Shown: positions 46,108 to 50,633 of the stretch, one piece after another
How the letters are laid out: the number at the start of each line of letters is the position of its first letter
Position numbering within the stretch: the stretch's first letter is position 1
Source of the DNA: Clostridia bacterium
GTDB taxonomy: Bacteria; Bacillota; Clostridia; UMGS1883
Direction of reading: 5' to 3'
NCBI GenBank assembly: GCA_045596985.1
Contig: JAZODM010000022.1
Coordinates: 1 to 50,633, forward strand
Length of the DNA stretch: 50,633 bases
The notes under the pieces: generated by a model
The model's input: the letters and a program-made list of their open reading frames with translations, nothing else
Database searches by the model: none
What the model was told of the DNA's origin: nothing
Program-made: the position numbers and the translations under genes

Positions 46108-46722
46108 TTAAAATAGACGATATACGCCTATTACCTTACCGAGAATTGATACACTGTCAACAATTATCGGCTCCATAAAGTCGTTTTCAGGCTGCAGACG
46201 AAAATGACCGTTTTCCTTATAAAAGGTTTTAACGGTTGCACTGTCATCAACAAGGGCAACTACCATATCACCGTTATTTGCAACGGAGCACTGCTCCACA
46301 ATTACATAGTCACCGTCAAAAATACCTGCGTTTATCATACTTTCACCGTGAACGTGGAGCATATATACGTTATTTTTCTTCGCAAAATCCATCGGTAGCG
46401 GGAAGGTACGCTCCAGATTTTCCTCCGCAAGGATAGGAAGTCCTGCGCTGACACGTCCTATTACAGGAACTTCAAGAAATTCCTTTTCCATAGAGGAAAT
46501 ATTTGTAGGAACATTAGCAAGGCGGATTCCCCTGGAACTGCCGGCATCCTTTACAATAAGACCGTTTTTTTCAAGTCGGCTGAGATAGCCGTGTACCGTA
46601 GAGGGGGAATTAAGCCCTACAGCCTCACAAATTTCCCTGACGGTAGGGGGGAAACCCTTCTGCGTAAGATGCTTTTCAATAAAATTTAAAATTTCCTGCT
46701 GCTTATCAGTATTAGCTGCCAT
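46108..46722 (-). CDS. lexA: SOS repressor LexA
   Basis: PPTVREIC wHTH, VIGRVSAGLP (A-G cleavage site), GESM, ATVK. Confidence 0.96.
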   Translation of the reverse strand: MAANTDKQQEILNFIEKHLTQKGFPPTVREICEAVGLNSPSTVHGYLSRLEKNGLIVKDAGSSRGIRLANVPTNISSMEKEFLEVPVIGRVSAGLPILAEENLERTFPLPMDFAKKNNVYMLHVHGESMINAGIFDGDYVIVEQCSVANNGDMVVALVDDSATVKTFYKENGHFRLQPENDFMEPIIVDSVSILGKVIGVYRLF

Positions 46723-46752
46723 AAAAATCCCTCCTGTAATTTATCTGATACC

Positions 46753-46791
46753 ATTATAACACAGGTAAAAGAAAAAATCAAACATTTGTTC
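46753..46791 (-). promoter_or_regulatory. lexA promoter with SOS (Cheo) box
   Basis: Minus strand TTGATT-N17-TATAAT; GAAC-AAAT-GTTT at 46791-46780 overlapping the -35. Confidence 0.7.
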
Positions 46792-46908
46792 GTGAAATTG
46801 TAAAATTTTTATTACCAAACCTCTAAAAGGGATATTTTCCTTGACTTATTTTGCAGAAATTGATATTATATAGGTAGAAAATGTTGACTTATTGACAAAG
46901 GAAGTGTA

Positions 46909-48078
46909 TTGATGAACACAGAAAATGAAAATATGCAGCCCTCTACAGCCAACGAAACAGTTGCTACAGAGGCTAAGGCTGAGAGTGAAAACGAAAAAAA
47001 CGAGCGTGAGTTTATTTCTGAATTTGTGCCCGAGCCTATACAAATTCCTAAATACAATAAGGAAAAGGAACAGAAAAAGCACGAAAAAGCAAATGAAAAA
47101 ATGAGAAAGCGCAACACGAAAAAGAGCCGGAAACGCCGTAAGCTTCTGCGCAAGATAATATTTGCAGTAAGAACGGTAATTCTGTTTGCAGTTTTGTTTT
47201 CTTTGCTTTTTGCGACGCTTTCCTCACTTGTTGTAAAAATGAATACCTCACAATATTCGATTGAGAGTGCAATCCGCACACATGAGCCGGAGAGCTTTGT
47301 TATAGGAAAGATAAAAAACCCCTCTAAAATTAATCTCAAGAAAAGCTCGCCGCGTGCAAGTGTTGCCGATGTAATCAGGGATAATTCACTTATTACAGTT
47401 ACATATGCTGATATAGAGCAGGCAGTCAGAAAATCGTCATATCCTGATTTTGTTGCAGATGTAGCGCACGATATAATATCTTTTTATATCTATGGTAATG
47501 ATTTTAAGGAGATAACTGCAAAGGATGTTTCGCAGATGCTTCTTAAAAATGTGTCTTATATAAAGCTTGTTACCGGTGTAGAGCTTGGTGAGAGTGCGTG
47601 CAATGACATTGCAAAATACGCGCTTAAATCGTCTGCACTCAAGGAAATATCACCCGATGCTTTGCAAAAGCAGCCAGCGTCGAAATACACCTATATAACC
47701 TCGGTGCTTTTTTCAATGATGGTGCTTATATGCCTTGTAATTGCGCTGATGCTCTTTTTGGTGCTTACGGTTGTAGCTTGTAACGGCTTTGCACACAGAA
47801 TGATTGGTTGGGCGTGTATGCTTTCCGGCATAGGCGTAGGTGTGGCAGGATTTATCTTTAAGCCGGCATTTAAGGTTTCAAGTGACTTTTTGCAGTGCAT
47901 TATAGATGCAATAACAAAGAGCTTCAACCAAAGCTCGCTTATATACGGCGGCGTAGTATTTTTGGCAGGTATTCTCGTTATGCTTATAGGTCATGCAATG
48001 GCAGACGATGAATATGAAGAAGTCCAGGAAGATGACGAATATATAGAAGAGCTTGAAGAAGCTGTTATTGAAGAGTAA
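46909..48078 (+). CDS. Hypothetical membrane protein
   Basis: Charged N-terminus, basic patch + TM, large loop, three C-terminal TMs, acidic tail. Confidence 0.7.
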   Translation: MMNTENENMQPSTANETVATEAKAESENEKNEREFISEFVPEPIQIPKYNKEKEQKKHEKANEKMRKRNTKKSRKRRKLLRKIIFAVRTVILFAVLFSLLFATLSSLVVKMNTSQYSIESAIRTHEPESFVIGKIKNPSKINLKKSSPRASVADVIRDNSLITVTYADIEQAVRKSSYPDFVADVAHDIISFYIYGNDFKEITAKDVSQMLLKNVSYIKLVTGVELGESACNDIAKYALKSSALKEISPDALQKQPASKYTYITSVLFSMMVLICLVIALMLFLVLTVVACNGFAHRMIGWACMLSGIGVGVAGFIFKPAFKVSSDFLQCIIDAITKSFNQSSLIYGGVVFLAGILVMLIGHAMADDEYEEVQEDDEYIEELEEAVIEE

Positions 48079-48090
48079 AGAGAGATAAAC

Positions 48091-48133
48091 GGGGTTGCGG
48101 CGAAATGTTTCCATTTTGTCGCAGCCCATTTTT
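48091..48133 (+). terminator. Probable terminator hairpin
   Basis: GGGTTGCGGCGAAATG-TTTC-CATTTTGTCGCAGCCC-ATTTTT. Confidence 0.5.
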
Positions 48134-48145
48134 ATAGGTGAGAGT

Positions 48146-49117
48146 ATGATTATACCAATATTTGTCCCTCATGAGGGATGCCCAAACGATTGCGCATTTT
48201 GTAATCAGCGCACAATAAGCGGTAAGACGGCTGCGCCAACGCAGGAAGAGGTTCATACGATAATCAGGGCACATCTTGCGCAAAACGAAGGGAAAGCGCA
48301 GCAGATTGCATTCTTTGGCGGCAGCTTTACGGGAATAGAAAAAGAGCGCAGACAGATGTATCTTGAAACAGCATATGAATATATAGAAAAAGGCGTAGTA
48401 GATAGCATACGACTTTCCACGCGTCCTGATTATATAGACGAGGAAATTATAAGAGAGCTTTTAAGCTATAAAGTGGCAAATATCGAACTGGGCGCGCAGT
48501 CTATGGACGAGGATGTTCTTATCGCTTCAAAAAGGGGACACAGTGCGCGCGATGTGGAGAAAGCCGCAGAAATTATTAATAAAAGCGGCATCACGCTGGG
48601 ACTGCAGATGATGACGGGACTTCCAAAGGATAGCTATGAAAAATGCCTTTATACAGCAAGACGGTTTAAAGAGCTTGGTGCAAAGGAAACGCGGATTTAT
48701 CCGACTGTTGTACTGCGCGGGACATACCTTGCCAGAATGTATGAGTGCGGTGAATATAGCCCGCAGAGCGTTGAAGATGCAGTGGAAATATCTGCAAAGC
48801 TTTACAGTTTTTTTAATGATAACGCTATAAAAATATTGCGTATAGGTCTTCCCGACAGTAGTGAACTCAGGGAAAATTTTGTAGCAGGGGCATATCACCC
48901 TGCATTGGGGGAAATGGTTATAAGCCGCGATATAAGGAATATGATTGAGCAGCGCGCGCGTGGAAAAAACACAGTAAATCTGCGTGTAAACCCCTGTTTT
49001 ATATCAAAATTAAACGGCAACAAACGGTGTAATATCCACTATTTTAAGGAAAAGGGAATTACACTGAATGTTACCGTGACTTCTGAAGTTGAAAGTATAG
49101 TTATGGAAGAATTCTGA
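48146..49117 (+). CDS. Radical SAM protein (YhcC/Elp3-like)
   Basis: IFVPHEGCPNDCAFCNQ, FFGGSFTG, IRLSTRPD, IELGAQS, QMMTGLP, RIYPT; start ATG 48146. Confidence 0.87.
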   Translation: MIIPIFVPHEGCPNDCAFCNQRTISGKTAAPTQEEVHTIIRAHLAQNEGKAQQIAFFGGSFTGIEKERRQMYLETAYEYIEKGVVDSIRLSTRPDYIDEEIIRELLSYKVANIELGAQSMDEDVLIASKRGHSARDVEKAAEIINKSGITLGLQMMTGLPKDSYEKCLYTARRFKELGAKETRIYPTVVLRGTYLARMYECGEYSPQSVEDAVEISAKLYSFFNDNAIKILRIGLPDSSELRENFVAGAYHPALGEMVISRDIRNMIEQRARGKNTVNLRVNPCFISKLNGNKRCNIHYFKEKGITLNVTVTSEVESIVMEEF

Positions 49118-49946
49118 CGGGAGTTCCTACTGACGTAATATCAAACAGAGCTTCAATATCCTCGTTATACATTCTGATACATCCGTTTGATGCTGCCTGA
49201 CCGATAGAGGAGGGATCGTTTGTACCGTGTATGCCGTACCCCCTTGCAGAAAGTCCGAGCCATCTTGTGCCATAGGGCCCGCCGGGGTCAATCTCTTTAT
49301 TTATAACTTCAAAAACACCAACAGGGGTTGGCGTATCAGGCTTTCCCGTGGCAACAATATATTCTCTGAAAATAGCACCGTTTTTATATACTGTAAGGCG
49401 CTTTGCCGAAATATTTACGATTATTTCAATAGGGGACGGAGCAAGCGGAATACAGATAATCTGCCCTACAGTGAGGTTTCGTGGGTCAAGCTGCGGATTT
49501 TGTGCCAGAATTTCGTTTGTAGTTATGTCAAATGATGCTGCTATTGCTCTTAGGGTGTCGCCACGCCGTATAACGTAAAAATTTCTGGTGGGGCACATAG
49601 GCGGCTCCTGAAATTTTTGTGAAATGCAGATGCGCTGTCCTACAATAAGGTTTTGTGGGTCAATATCGGGATTTGTTATAAGCAGGGACTCGACATCTGT
49701 CCCAAAGCGCTCTGCAATTGACGCGAGGGTGTCACCTGCGTTTATGTTATAGGGAAGTGTTCCCAAAGGACACCTGACCGGCTGCGCCGTTGCGGAAATG
49801 ACGCAGATGCGCTCTCCCACGGGGAGGTTATCGGCATCTAAAGTGGGGTTAAGACGCAGAATATTCTGCGGCGTTGTATTATAGAGGGCGGATATAGAAA
49901 AAAGTGTGTCACCCTCTTCGATCACATAAAACTGTGCACAAGCCAT
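49101..49946 (-). CDS. Three LysM domains + YkuD L,D-transpeptidase
   Basis: Three Y.I..GDTL..IA LysM repeats; YGIHGTN...SNGCIRM catalytic motif. Confidence 0.9.
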   Translation of the reverse strand: MACAQFYVIEEGDTLFSISALYNTTPQNILRLNPTLDADNLPVGERICVISATAQPVRCPLGTLPYNINAGDTLASIAERFGTDVESLLITNPDIDPQNLIVGQRICISQKFQEPPMCPTRNFYVIRRGDTLRAIAASFDITTNEILAQNPQLDPRNLTVGQIICIPLAPSPIEIIVNISAKRLTVYKNGAIFREYIVATGKPDTPTPVGVFEVINKEIDPGGPYGTRWLGLSARGYGIHGTNDPSSIGQAASNGCIRMYNEDIEALFDITSVGTPVRILP

Positions 49947-50596
49947 CAGCGAATATTCACCTCCGTTCCTACTGTAACGAGATTAAATACTTTGTCCATA
50001 TCATCTTCGCCCAGCAGAATATCGTTTTCCGAGCGCTGCGCAGACGGACTTGATATAGCACTGTCAGTTTCAAGCAGATTAAGGCGCTTCTTTCCTCCGA
50101 AAGAAGTGTCAATCTGCTTTTGTACTATTACGCTCGGTGTTGGTGCAAGGTTATGCGCGACAGGAAAGCTGAGAATATTTCCTGACGGGTATAAGAGCTT
50201 TAAAATCCCGTTTTCTATGCTGACGCATACGGGGGGCTTTGCAAGCGGTATGCAAAGAATCATTCCGCGGTAGAGATTATTGGCATCTATGCCGATGTTT
50301 GAGTAAAGGATTTGCGCCGTGCTTACACCGAAATAATCTGCAATACTTTCGATGGTGTCAGTTTCATTTACAACGTAGTAGTTTGTTGTCATACACGCAG
50401 GAAAATACTGCAGCGGCAGAGGAATGCATAGCCTGTCACCCGCGTTTATACTATTTACATTGGCAATGGAGTTAATTTGGGCAAGCCTTTCTACGGAGGT
50501 TTCAAACCTTTTTGCAATACTGTAGAGAGTATCGCCCTGCCGTATTGTATAGGGGAAGCTGCCGGGAGGGCAGTTCCAGCTAAAAGAACAACTCAT
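49946..50596 (-). CDS. Two LysM domains + degenerate YkuD-like domain
   Basis: Two LysM repeats; C-terminus aligns with the neighbouring YkuD domain (..D...F....VGT.V.I) but lacks HGT/C. Confidence 0.75.
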   Translation of the reverse strand: MSCSFSWNCPPGSFPYTIRQGDTLYSIAKRFETSVERLAQINSIANVNSINAGDRLCIPLPLQYFPACMTTNYYVVNETDTIESIADYFGVSTAQILYSNIGIDANNLYRGMILCIPLAKPPVCVSIENGILKLLYPSGNILSFPVAHNLAPTPSVIVQKQIDTSFGGKKRLNLLETDSAISSPSAQRSENDILLGEDDMDKVFNLVTVGTEVNIR

Positions 50597-50633
50597 AAAA
50601 AAACCACCTCATACATATTTTATGCTTGAGGTG

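Noticed and set aside
40426-49117. The two radical SAM genes as maturases for the peptide
   Set aside because: They match HemZ and YhcC/Elp3-like housekeeping families and show no SPASM or RRE domain.

Overview
Chromosomal window from a low-to-moderate GC Bacillota, most likely a Clostridia lineage (inferred from gene content: SLH protein, yybS-gdpP-rplI-dnaB, tilS-hpt-ftsH, recJ-relA-hemZ, Cheo-box lexA). It has two parts. (1) About 1-12.1 kb is an accessory region where four unrelated modules sit head to tail: a phd-doc toxin-antitoxin pair; a membrane protein + GT2 glycosyltransferase + 1549-aa SLH surface protein; a histidine phosphatase; and a SorE-like reductase/aldolase/SorC regulator unit. 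Each module ends with a copy of the same directly oriented ~60-70 bp intergenic site, consensus (GA)TTTTTTGGTC-N(0-5)-TTGACAYGARC-N18-GCATCTAAACCTTATG. The copies are at ~702-759, ~7894-7964, ~8711-8753 (partial) and ~12014-12079, with a decayed core at ~12092-12114. This looks like an integron-like or dif-module-like cassette array with a non-canonical recombination site; no recombinase is in the window. (2) About 12.2-50.6 kb is mostly core genome. It contains an orphan PqqD (RRE) + S24/S26 peptidase pair and, 11 kb away, an unannotated 59-aa ORF (34365-34544) with a lasso/RRE-type leader (MKKYIKPEI...DVIT-L-S). It also has two GTAG-REP-like hairpins with fully compensatory changes, a 26-nt motif repeated beside two terminators, and a catalytically dead LysM-YkuD paralogue. 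No rRNA, tRNA, CRISPR array or transposase was seen. All calls were made by eye from motifs; no database searches were run.
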